Origin: Dehalococcoidia bacterium
GTDB taxonomy: Bacteria; Chloroflexota; Dehalococcoidia; UBA2979
Reading direction: 5' to 3'
Length of the DNA stretch: 64,000 nucleotides
Assembly: GCA_965262725.1 (NCBI GenBank)
Contig: OZ253555.1
Span: 1,312,001 to 1,376,000 of the forward strand
In this document: piece after piece, positions 50,975 through 60,000 of the stretch
Position numbering within the stretch: the first letter of the stretch is position 1
Layout of the letters: each line of letters starts with the position of its first letter
Notes under the pieces: generated by a model
Databases searched by the model: none
The model's input: the letters and a program-made list of their open reading frames with translations, nothing else
Told to the model about the DNA's origin: nothing
Program-made: the position numbers and the translations under genes

Positions 50975-52027
50975 CTACCGTCCAAACGTCTGGATCATCA
51001 GCTCGACGTTCTCGCGGATCCGCTCCTTCGACATCAGCGAGGAGGCGCAGTAGAAGGTCGACGTGTCGACGACGCCCTCGTAGCGCTCCGCCTGCCTGCG
51101 CACCTCGTCGGGGGTGCCGAAGATGGCGTGCTCGCGCGCGACCTCGTCGGGGACGGCCGCGATCAGGGCCTCGTCGCCGCGGCGGTTGAAGAATGCGTCC
51201 TGGATCGCGTGGCGGACGTCCTCGTAGCCCTGGGAGTCGAGCACGATCGCGTAGCTGCGGGTGGCCATGAAGCGCGCCATGTGGTGCTTCACCTCGCGCA
51301 GCGCCTGCTCCCGGTCGGCCGAGATCGCCGTGATGATCCACGCCTCGTGGTCGAAGTCGGCGCGGCTCCGCCCGCTGCGCGTGAGCCCGACATCGATCTC
51401 CGGCCACGCCGTCTCCTCAATGAAGCGGAGCGAGGCCATGGGGTGGCCACAGAGGCCCTGGCAGAGGTCGCCGGCGAGGCGGAACATCGCGCGGTTGACG
51501 GCGGCGAGGTAGATCGGTGTCTCGCGCGGCTCGCCCGGCTGCCTCGTCTCCGCGACCTCGTAGGGGCGCCCGAAGGCGAGCGCCTGGCCGCCCCCCCGGA
51601 GGCCTCCCCCCGTCAGCTCGACGTAGCGGCCGTGGTAGCCGACCTCCTCCGAGGCCGGCGTCGACCAGGCGAGGCGCATCGCGTGGATCAGCTCGCGGAT
51701 GCGGGTGGCCGGATGGTCGAACTCGCGGCCGAGCCGGTTGATGTTCCCGCGCTTCGTCCCGCCCCCGAGGCCGAGGATGAAGCGATCCTCGGAGAGCTCC
51801 TGGACGTCGGCGCAGGCGACGGCGAGAGACCGTGGATCGTGCGCGAAGGCGTGCACGACGCCGGTGCCGAACTGCGGGCGCCTGGTCGCCTGCGTCATCG
51901 CGCCGTTCAACCCGACGGAGTTGCCCGAGTTCCAGACGACGTCGAAGCCGCGCTCCTCGGCAAGCCGGGCAAGCAGCGGCTTGTCGGCGAGCGCGGTGTA
52001 TGCGAGCGATACTCCCTTGCGGTTCAT
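50975..52027 (-). CDS. LLM (luciferase-like) flavin/F420-dependent oxidoreductase
   Basis: RFILGLG, PIYLAAV and GTPDEV motifs. Confidence 0.85.
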   Translation of the reverse strand: MNRKGVSLAYTALADKPLLARLAEERGFDVVWNSGNSVGLNGAMTQATRRPQFGTGVVHAFAHDPRSLAVACADVQELSEDRFILGLGGGTKRGNINRLGREFDHPATRIRELIHAMRLAWSTPASEEVGYHGRYVELTGGGLRGGGQALAFGRPYEVAETRQPGEPRETPIYLAAVNRAMFRLAGDLCQGLCGHPMASLRFIEETAWPEIDVGLTRSGRSRADFDHEAWIITAISADREQALREVKHHMARFMATRSYAIVLDSQGYEDVRHAIQDAFFNRRGDEALIAAVPDEVAREHAIFGTPDEVRRQAERYEGVVDTSTFYCASSLMSKERIRENVELMIQTFGR

Positions 52028-52185
52028 GCGGGCTCCTTCTGCGCGCGTCGAGCGAACCTCGACGCTGCTCGCCGCACTCTACGCCCCGGGGCCGAGGCGG
52101 GGCGAGGGGACTCGACCGGGTGCGCAGCGTCGCGCTACAACGCGGCGTGAGGCGGGGTCCGTGCGGCGGGGGATCGGGACGCACG

Positions 52186-53634
52186 ATGATGAGCGAAGCG
52201 ACCGCGCATCAGCCGGGGACGGGCGGGACGGTGGGGGCGTCGCTCGATCTCCTCATCCGCGGCGGCCTCGTGATCACCATGAACCCCCGACGCGAGGTCT
52301 ACGCCTCGGGCTACGTGGCCGTGACGGGCGGCCGCATCGTCGCGGTCGGCCGCGACGAGGAGTGTCCCTACGGACCGGAAGCCGCCGCGGAGCTTCTCGA
52401 CGCGCGCGATCGCGTCGTGCTGCCCGGCTTCGTCAACGCCCACGACCACCTGCTGGGGGCCTTCGCGCGCGGCCTGGGCGCCGACCGCGCGGTCGCGGTC
52501 GCGGTGTCGGACGCCGGCGAGCGCGTCGGCGCGCGCATCCGCGGGGCGCTCGACGAGGAGGCGGCGTACGCCGCCGCCCGGCTCTCGCTCCTGGAGTTGC
52601 AGCGCTCGGGCGTCACGACTACTGCCGACAGCCAGCCCGCGCTCGCCGGACGGGAAGACAACGCGGACGGCACGCTGCGCGCGATCCACGACTCCGGGGT
52701 CCGAGCGCTCTGGACGCGCGCCTCCCTGAACAGGACGGGATACGTCTCTCAGGAGCAGCACGACTCGCTCGAGCGGGCGCTGCCGGAGCTCGACCGCCTC
52801 GCCGATCGCTGGTCGTCGGAGCGCGTGGAGGTCGGCGCCGAGGCGCAGGCGCTCCACCGCGTCGAGGAGGATCTGCTGCGCGGCCTCGCCGGGTGGGCGG
52901 CGCGGCGCGGCGCGCACTTCGCGATGCACCTCTCCTACAGCGAGCAGGCGGCGGCGCACGCTGTCGAGCGCTTCGGCCGACCGCTGATGCTGCTGCTCGA
53001 GGAATGGGGCGTGCTCGGCCCGCGCTTCCTCGGGTACCACCCCGTGTGGCTCTCCGAGGAGGAGATCGCCGCCGCGGCCGCGTCGGGCGCGGGACTCGCC
53101 TACTGCCCCGTCGACAACATGCTGATCGCGTGCGGCGTCGCGCCCGTCGAGTCACTGCTACGCGCCGGCTGCCGCCTCGGGCTCGGCGTCGACCAGCCGA
53201 ACGACGGGCACAGCTTCTTCGAGCTGATGAAGCTCGCCATCCTGCTCCAGCGGGTCACGCATCTCGACGCGTCGCTCGGGTCTCCCGAGCAGGCGCTCGA
53301 ACTCGCCACGATCGGGGGAGCGCGCGCCCTCCACCGCGAGCACGACGTGGGCTCACTCGAGGCGGGGAAGGCCGCCGATCTGCTCGTGCTCGACGGTCGA
53401 GGCCCGGCGCTCGCACCCTTCCCGGGTCGGATATCGAATGTGGTCTACGCCGCGAGCCCGGCTGACGTGGAGCATGTCTTCGTCGCCGGCGAGGCCGTCG
53501 TCCGTGACGGACGCCACGCCCGCTGGGACGAGGAGGAGGTCGTGCGCGACGCGCACCGCGCGATGCGGGCGACGCTCCACAGGGCGAGCCTGCCGGAGGA
53601 TCTCGGACCGCACACGAGCTGGCCGGTCTCCTGA
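52186..53634 (+). CDS. Amidohydrolase (MTA/SAH deaminase/AtzA-like)
   Basis: PGFVNAHDH, SGVTT, YCP..N, LGVD and GSLEAGKAADL motifs. Confidence 0.88.
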   Translation: MMSEATAHQPGTGGTVGASLDLLIRGGLVITMNPRREVYASGYVAVTGGRIVAVGRDEECPYGPEAAAELLDARDRVVLPGFVNAHDHLLGAFARGLGADRAVAVAVSDAGERVGARIRGALDEEAAYAAARLSLLELQRSGVTTTADSQPALAGREDNADGTLRAIHDSGVRALWTRASLNRTGYVSQEQHDSLERALPELDRLADRWSSERVEVGAEAQALHRVEEDLLRGLAGWAARRGAHFAMHLSYSEQAAAHAVERFGRPLMLLLEEWGVLGPRFLGYHPVWLSEEEIAAAAASGAGLAYCPVDNMLIACGVAPVESLLRAGCRLGLGVDQPNDGHSFFELMKLAILLQRVTHLDASLGSPEQALELATIGGARALHREHDVGSLEAGKAADLLVLDGRGPALAPFPGRISNVVYAASPADVEHVFVAGEAVVRDGRHARWDEEEVVRDAHRAMRATLHRASLPEDLGPHTSWPVS

Positions 53635-53680
53635 GCGGAGCTCCCCGGGCCCAGGCGGACCCGCGCCAAGGCGCCGGGCG

Positions 53681-54274
53681 TCACGGCGAAGGCGGTGCCG
53701 CCGGCTCGTCCGCGCCGGTCGTGCCGGTGCGGTAGTTCCGGCCGCGGTAGTTCTCCGGATTCGCGAAGTCCGTGAGCACCAGCACCTCCCGGTAGAGCTC
53801 GAGGAAACCCTCGGCTCGCAGCCGCCGCGGCGTGATCTCGATCACGTAGCGCTCGTAGTCAGCGTCCACCGGCTGGACGCCCCGCGCAGCGGCGCGGCGC
53901 GCGAGGAAGGCCTCGACGCGCTCCCGGTCGCGCACCAGCTCCACGTCGCCCTGGATCCAGACGTTGCGGACGGCCCCACGCGGCCCGATCGTGGTGCCGG
54001 AGACGTCCACCCAGTGCATCGTGGCGCGGGGGTTCGAGGTGAGGTGGCGCATCTTGAGGTCGCCCTCGCGGATGCGCCCGATCGTTCCGAGCCGCCATCC
54101 GCGCTCGTCGCGCTCCACGAAGCAGCCGACCTGCCGGATGTAGGCGTCGCCGCGCGCGTTCGTGGTCGTGAGGAAGATGGTGACACCGGGGACGCGCCCC
54201 TCGATGAAGTCAAGCACCGCCTGCATCGTCGCGTCGATTGCGCCCTCCCCCGAGTTGCTGCTCAGGGCGCTCAC
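53681..54274 (-). CDS. PNPOx-like split-barrel protein, RAEG-family paralogue B (divergent; start uncertain)
   Basis: K.RHL..NP, VWIQG..ELV.D..RVEAF and LRAEGF...TDF motifs. Confidence 0.7.
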   Translation of the reverse strand: MSALSSNSGEGAIDATMQAVLDFIEGRVPGVTIFLTTTNARGDAYIRQVGCFVERDERGWRLGTIGRIREGDLKMRHLTSNPRATMHWVDVSGTTIGPRGAVRNVWIQGDVELVRDRERVEAFLARRAAARGVQPVDADYERYVIEITPRRLRAEGFLELYREVLVLTDFANPENYRGRNYRTGTTGADEPAAPPSP

Positions 54275-54394
54275 CCTACACGCCGCAGGCACCCGCGTGG
54301 TGCGGGCGGCGCTGCGCTATCATCGCTCCGCGCGACAGCGGAGGACCGGGCCCACCATAACGGCGCGGGGCCGCTGGGGAACGTGGGGTCTGCC

Positions 54395-55570
54395 ATGGAG
54401 TTCGGGTGGAGTGACGAGGAGCGGGCGTTTCGCGCGGAGGTGCGCGCCTTCCTCAGGGAGCACTGGGACGCGAAGCCCCTGCACGAATTCGGGACCGACG
54501 ACCACAAGGCGCGCGAGTACGTGCGCGCCTTCAAGAGAACGCTCGCCGAGCACGGCTGGCTGACGATGGCGTGGCCGAAGGAGTACGGCGGGCAGGGTGC
54601 CTCGTTCGTGCGGCAGATGATCTTCAAGGAGGAGAGCGCGATCCAGAAGGCGCCCACCTCGGGCGGCGCGGAGGACATCCTCGCGCCGGCGTTGATGATC
54701 CACGGCACCGAGGATCAGAAGCGCGAGTACCTCACGCCGATCGCGCGCGGCGAGGTGCTGTGGTCTCAGGGCTACTCGGAGCCGGGAGCCGGCTCCGACC
54801 TCGCCTCGCTCCAGACGCGGGCCACCCGCGACGGGGACGAGTACATCGTGAACGGGCAGAAGGTGTGGAACGGCTCCCATCGTGGCGACTGGATCCACAC
54901 GCTCGTCCGCACCGACCCCGCCGCGCCGAAGCACCGCGGCATCAGCTACGTGATGATCAACCTGCGCCAGCCCGGCGTCTCGATCCGTCCGATCTGGCAG
55001 ATGCACGACACCGGGCGCTTCAACGAGGTCTTCTTCGAGGACGTGCGCATCCCGGTGAGCGCTCGCATCGGCGAGGAGAACCGCGGCTGGTACACCGCGA
55101 TGACTGCGCTGGACTTCGAGCGATCCGGGATCCACCTGATCATCGGCGTCCAGGGGGGCTTCGAGCGCTTCGTGGAGCACGCGCGCTCCTCGGGCTCCGC
55201 CGCCGAAGGGGGGCGCCTGATCGACCGCGGCGCCGTGGCCCGGACCGTCGCCGACACGCACATCGAGCTCGAGGTCGCGCGCCTGCTCTCCTACCGGATC
55301 ACGTCGATGCAGGCGCGGGGCCTCGTCCCGAACCACGAGGCGTCGGTGGCGAAGACCTTCGGGACGGAGCTGACGCAGCGGCAGGCGCGGCGCGCGATCA
55401 ACGCGCTCGGCCTCCCGGGCACGCTCCGCGAGCACTCGCCCTACGCCGTCGGCGAAGGCGCGTTCTGTGAGGTGTACATGTCGAGCGTGTCGGCGACGAT
55501 CGCCGGTGGGACCAGCGAGATCCAGCGCGGCGTGATCGCCACGCGCGGCCTGGGCCTTCCGCGGGCGTAG
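54395..55570 (+). CDS. Acyl-CoA dehydrogenase
   Basis: QGYSEPGAGSDLASL, PKHRGIS, LDFER and GGTSEIQR motifs. Confidence 0.93.
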   Translation: MEFGWSDEERAFRAEVRAFLREHWDAKPLHEFGTDDHKAREYVRAFKRTLAEHGWLTMAWPKEYGGQGASFVRQMIFKEESAIQKAPTSGGAEDILAPALMIHGTEDQKREYLTPIARGEVLWSQGYSEPGAGSDLASLQTRATRDGDEYIVNGQKVWNGSHRGDWIHTLVRTDPAAPKHRGISYVMINLRQPGVSIRPIWQMHDTGRFNEVFFEDVRIPVSARIGEENRGWYTAMTALDFERSGIHLIIGVQGGFERFVEHARSSGSAAEGGRLIDRGAVARTVADTHIELEVARLLSYRITSMQARGLVPNHEASVAKTFGTELTQRQARRAINALGLPGTLREHSPYAVGEGAFCEVYMSSVSATIAGGTSEIQRGVIATRGLGLPRA

Positions 55571-55713
55571 CCCTCAGGCGCCGCCGCGAGCGCCCCGTGT
55601 CCACGGGCGCGCGTGGCGCCGCCAGGCCGTCGCATGGCGGTCTGACGGCCTCCGGTCTGGCGCGCTACTATCTGGTCCGCACGGGACATGCGACGCATCG
55701 GGAGGTCGTGAAC

Positions 55714-56223
55714 ATGACGACGCAGTGGGATCGCGAGAAGGGTGTCTCCCGGGCGGAAGCCGAGGCGCTCCGCGAGGCGATCCACGACTTCATTTCGGAT
55801 CCGTCGCAACACATCGCGTACTTAATGACGCGCCGCCGCGACGGCCGCGAGATCATGCGGCCCGTGTCGACCTTCGTCGAGAACTGGCGCGTCGAGACGA
55901 TGACGCAGGACGTCCAACCGAAGACCGAGCACGTCCGTCGCGACCCGATCGTCGGCTACCTCTGGGTCGGCCACGAGGACCGCGTGGAGGATCGATTCCC
56001 GCGCTGGAACCCGCCGGTGGTCTGGATGCAGGGGCGAGCCGAGCTGGTCACCGATCAGGCCGAGGTCGAGGCGTTCTACGCGCGCCGCATGGAGAAGGCG
56101 GGCCGCGGCCGGAACCACCCGCCGGAGGACACGCTCTACATAATTCGGACCGAGCCGGAGTACCTCCGCGCGGAGGGATGGATCGGCCAGCGCGCGATCG
56201 TCTACCGGGACTTCCCGTCCTAG
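55714..56223 (+). CDS. PNPOx-like split-barrel protein, RAEG-family paralogue C
   Basis: YLMTRRRDG, KTEHVRRDP, MQGRAELV, LRAEGW and IVYRDFP motifs; GGAGG RBS. Confidence 0.8.
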   Translation: MTTQWDREKGVSRAEAEALREAIHDFISDPSQHIAYLMTRRRDGREIMRPVSTFVENWRVETMTQDVQPKTEHVRRDPIVGYLWVGHEDRVEDRFPRWNPPVVWMQGRAELVTDQAEVEAFYARRMEKAGRGRNHPPEDTLYIIRTEPEYLRAEGWIGQRAIVYRDFPS

Positions 56224-56320
56224 CCGGCCCGGCCGCGCCGGCGGCCTCATCCATCCGGCCACGACGCGAGCGATGCGACGGATGCGCTCGGATGCGGGGC
56301 GCGGGAAGGGAGCGACGCTG

Positions 56321-56872
56321 ATGACCAACTACGACGAGCGGGCGGGCATCGAGGTCCGGTCCAACTGGGACCGCGAGCGGGGCCTGACGGCCGAGCAGGC
56401 GGAGGGCTTCCGCGCCGAGATCCTCGACTTCATCTCCGATGCCGACCAGCACATGGCGTACCTGATGACGCGCCGCCGCGACGGGCGCGAGATCATGCGG
56501 CCGGTCTCGACCTTCGTGGAGAACTGGGTCGTCGGCACGATGACGCAGGACGTCCAGCCCAAGACCGAGCACGTCCGCCGCGACCCGATCGTGGGCTACC
56601 TCTGGGTAGGGCGCGCCGAGCGCGACGAGTACATCGGGGACCGCTGGAACCCGAAGTGCGTCTGGATGCAGGGGCGCGCCGAGCTCGTGACGGACCAGTC
56701 GGAGGTCGACGCCTTCTACGCCCGCCGCGAGAAGGTGCTGGGGGGCGGCCGGATGCACCCGCCGGAGGAGACGCTCTACCTGATCCGCACCACGCCCGAG
56801 TACGTCCGCGCCGAGGGCTGGGCGGGGATGCACGGCATCGTCTACCGCGACTTCCCGGAGATTGCGGACTAG
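56321..56872 (+). CDS. PNPOx-like split-barrel protein, RAEG-family paralogue D (tandem duplicate of C)
   Basis: Shares long identical blocks with paralogue C. Confidence 0.8.
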   Translation: MTNYDERAGIEVRSNWDRERGLTAEQAEGFRAEILDFISDADQHMAYLMTRRRDGREIMRPVSTFVENWVVGTMTQDVQPKTEHVRRDPIVGYLWVGRAERDEYIGDRWNPKCVWMQGRAELVTDQSEVDAFYARREKVLGGGRMHPPEETLYLIRTTPEYVRAEGWAGMHGIVYRDFPEIAD

Positions 56873-57030
56873 GAGTCCGGCTCCCGCTCACCGCGACAGG
56901 ATCCTCGCCGGTCCCTTCCGGGTCCTAGGCGAGGGGCGGGTCCAGCACGGCCGTTTGCTAGACTCGGTCGTCGGCTGAGACGGGCCGTCGTCCGCCCCGC
57001 CGCACGGCCGCACTGCCGACGGGGGTGCCG

Positions 57031-58233
57031 ATGTCCGCGCTCGAGCCCATGCGCGTGCTGGAGCTCTCGCAGTACGAGGCCGGGCCGACCTGCGGCCAGC
57101 TGCTGGCGTGGCTCGGCGCGGACGTCGTCAAGGTGGAGCCCCCCCGCGGCGAGGCCGGTCGGCACGTGCTCGGCGACGGAACCTACGATTCGCAGTACTT
57201 CCTCAACTACAACGCCAACAAGCGGGGCATCGCGCTCGACCTGGAGGAGGCTCGCGGCCGCGATCTCTTCCTGGCTCTCCTGCCGCGCTTCGACGTGGTC
57301 GTCGAGAACTATGCACCGGGCGTCATGGAGCGGCTCGGCCTCGACTACGCGGTGCTGTGTGCCGCCAACCCGCGCATCGTGCTCGCGCGCATCAAGGGGT
57401 ATGGCCTGAGCGGGCCCTACGCCGGCTACAAGTCCTACGACCCGCTCGCGCAGGCGGCGGGCGGGATCTTCTCGCTCACCGGCGAGCAGGATGGGCCGCC
57501 CCTGCGCTCGGGAGGCACGTTCGCGGACACGGGAACCGGCATGGTGGCGGCGCTCGCAGTGACCGCGGCCTACGTGCAGCGGGAGAGGACGGGCCGCGGA
57601 CAGGAGATCGAGCTCTCGATGCAGGAGGTGGTGACGATGTTCGTCCGCACCGTCGGCGTGCTGGACGGCACGTGGCCGCACGGCGTGGCGCCGCGGCGCG
57701 GCCGCGGTGCCGGCGCCCCCTCCGACATGTTCGCGTGCGCGCCGGGCGGGGCGAACGACTACGTCTACACGCTGGTCGGGACGCAGCGGATGTGGGACGC
57801 CCTCTGCACGGCGATGGATCGTCTCGATCTCCTCACGGACCCGCGGTTCTCCACCGTGGAGGCCAGGCGCCTCCACCGCGAGGAGCTGCACGGGGAGATC
57901 GAGAGCTGGACCGGCGAGCGTTCCAAGCAGGAGGTCATGCGCGTCCTCGGCGAGGCCGGCGTGCCGTGCAGCGCCGTGTTCGACACGCGCGACCTCTTCC
58001 GCGACCCTCATCTCCGCGCGCGGGGCTTTGTGCGGCGCATCGAGCAGCCGTCGGAGGACGGCGCCGTCGAGGAGCGCACGCTGCTCGGCCCGCCGATGCG
58101 GCTCTCCGACTCGGAGGTGCCGCTTCAGCCGGCTCCCCGGCTCGGCGAGCACACGGCGGCGGTGCTTGCCGGCGAGCTCGGTCTCGACGGTGTCGCCATC
58201 GAGGAACTGCGTGCGGAGGGCGTGATCGCATGA
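57031..58233 (+). CDS. Family III CoA-transferase, formyl-CoA-transferase-like
   Basis: QYEAGPTC..LLAWLGADVVKVE, NANKR, FADTGTG and GG.NDYVY motifs; TGCTAGACT extended -10 at 56956. Confidence 0.88.
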   Translation: MSALEPMRVLELSQYEAGPTCGQLLAWLGADVVKVEPPRGEAGRHVLGDGTYDSQYFLNYNANKRGIALDLEEARGRDLFLALLPRFDVVVENYAPGVMERLGLDYAVLCAANPRIVLARIKGYGLSGPYAGYKSYDPLAQAAGGIFSLTGEQDGPPLRSGGTFADTGTGMVAALAVTAAYVQRERTGRGQEIELSMQEVVTMFVRTVGVLDGTWPHGVAPRRGRGAGAPSDMFACAPGGANDYVYTLVGTQRMWDALCTAMDRLDLLTDPRFSTVEARRLHREELHGEIESWTGERSKQEVMRVLGEAGVPCSAVFDTRDLFRDPHLRARGFVRRIEQPSEDGAVEERTLLGPPMRLSDSEVPLQPAPRLGEHTAAVLAGELGLDGVAIEELRAEGVIA

Positions 58234-59948
58234 GCAGCGAGGGCGGCGGGATCGGCGGCGCCGAGCTCGTTGCGCGGAGCCTGCGCCAGCAGGGCGTGAC
58301 GCTGATCTTCGGCGTCGTCGGCGTCCCCGTCACGCCGATAGCGGAGGCCGCCCAGCGTCTCGGCATCCGCTACATCGGGATGCGCAACGAGCAGGCGGCC
58401 TCCTACGCGGCGCAGGCGGCCGGGTACCTGACCGGGCGGCCGCAGGTCTGCCTCGCCGTGTCGGGGCCCGGCGTGGTGCATGCTCTCGCCGGTCTCGCGA
58501 ACGCGCAGGCGAACTGCTGGCCGATGCTGCTCATCGGCGGCGCGTCGCCCGGCTACCAGGAGGGGATGGGCGCCTTCCAGGAGGAGCGCCAGATCCTGGC
58601 GACGACGCCCTTCACCAAGCTCTCGCGGCGGGTGGAGCGCACCGAGCGGATCCCCTTCTTCGTGGAGCAGGCAGTCCGCACGGCGCTCTTCGGCCGTCCT
58701 GGTCCCACCTACCTCGAGCTGCCGGAGGAGGTGATCGAGGGGCGCGTCGACGAGGGCGCGGTGCCGGAGGCCCCGACGGTCCCCGAGCCACCGCGCTCCG
58801 AGGCGCCGGCCGACGCGATCGAGGCGGCGCTGCGCGCGCTCGCCGGCGCCGAGCGGCCGCTGGTCGTCGTCGGCAAGGGGATGGCGTGGGCGCGCGCCGA
58901 GACGGAGGTGCGTGAGTTCGTCGACCGCACGCAGCTACCCTTCCTCGCGACGCCGATGGGGAAGGGCGTGGTCCCCGACAGCCACCCGCTGTCGGTCGCC
59001 GCCGCCCGGTCCACTGCGCTGCGCGAGGCAGACGTGATTCTCCTCCTCGGCGCGCGACTGAACTGGATGCTGCACTTTGGCCGGCCGCCGCGCTTCCGGC
59101 CGGACGTGCGCGTGCTGCAGCTCGACGTCGCAGCTGAGCAAATCGGTGCGAACGTGCCCGCCGAAGTCGCGCTGGTGGGGGACGGTCGCTCCGTGACGCG
59201 GCAGCTGCTCGCCGCGCTGGAGGCGCGGCCGTGGGAGTACCCCGCGGAGACGACGTGGCGCACGACGCTTCAGACGCAGGTCCAAGAGAACGCCCGGCAG
59301 GTCGAGCCGATGCTGGCGGACGACAGCTCGCCGATGAACTACTACCGCGCCTTCCGCGAGATCCGCCGGGCGATCCCGCCGGGGAGCGTGATCGTCTCCG
59401 AGGGGGCGAACACGATGGACATCGGCCGCACGCAGCTCCCGAACGAGGAGCCGCGCAGACGTCTCGACGCCGGGACGCACGGCACGATGGGAGTCGGGCT
59501 GGGGTACGCCATCGCGGCGGCCGCCGTAGATCCCGGTCGGCCGGTGGTCGCCGTGGAGGGCGACTCGGCGTTCGGATTCTCCGGGATGGAGCTCGAGACG
59601 GCGGCGCGCCACGGCCTGCCGATCACGGTCGTCGTGCTGAATAACGGTGGCATCGGGAGCGGGATGCCGACGGAGCCGCCTCCCGCCGGGATGCGCGCGC
59701 CCGGGGCGCTGTCGGCCGATGCGCGCTATGAGCTTCTTGCGGAGGCGTTTGGCGGCGCGGGCTTCCGCGTAGAGCGCCCGGACCAGCTGGGACCGGCGCT
59801 TGAGGCGGCGCTCGCGGCGGAGGGACCTGCCGTCGTCAGCGTCGTCATCGATCCGCAGGCCGGCCGCAAGCCGCAGCAGTTCCACTGGAACACGCGTCTC
59901 GAGCAGGCGCCGTCCGCCGCGACCCCGGCGGGCGGACGGGACCAGTAG
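58230..59948 (+). CDS. ThDP-dependent 2-hydroxyacyl-CoA lyase / oxalyl-CoA decarboxylase family enzyme
   Basis: GMRNEQAASYAA, GAFQE, EGANTMDIGR, GDSAFGFSGME..NN and RKPQQFHW motifs. Confidence 0.9.
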   Translation: MSSEGGGIGGAELVARSLRQQGVTLIFGVVGVPVTPIAEAAQRLGIRYIGMRNEQAASYAAQAAGYLTGRPQVCLAVSGPGVVHALAGLANAQANCWPMLLIGGASPGYQEGMGAFQEERQILATTPFTKLSRRVERTERIPFFVEQAVRTALFGRPGPTYLELPEEVIEGRVDEGAVPEAPTVPEPPRSEAPADAIEAALRALAGAERPLVVVGKGMAWARAETEVREFVDRTQLPFLATPMGKGVVPDSHPLSVAAARSTALREADVILLLGARLNWMLHFGRPPRFRPDVRVLQLDVAAEQIGANVPAEVALVGDGRSVTRQLLAALEARPWEYPAETTWRTTLQTQVQENARQVEPMLADDSSPMNYYRAFREIRRAIPPGSVIVSEGANTMDIGRTQLPNEEPRRRLDAGTHGTMGVGLGYAIAAAAVDPGRPVVAVEGDSAFGFSGMELETAARHGLPITVVVLNNGGIGSGMPTEPPPAGMRAPGALSADARYELLAEAFGGAGFRVERPDQLGPALEAALAAEGPAVVSVVIDPQAGRKPQQFHWNTRLEQAPSAATPAGGRDQ

Positions 59949-60000
59949 GCGCCTGCACCGAGCGGCACGCGGCCGGCACGGGCACCGGGGGAGGTCGACG

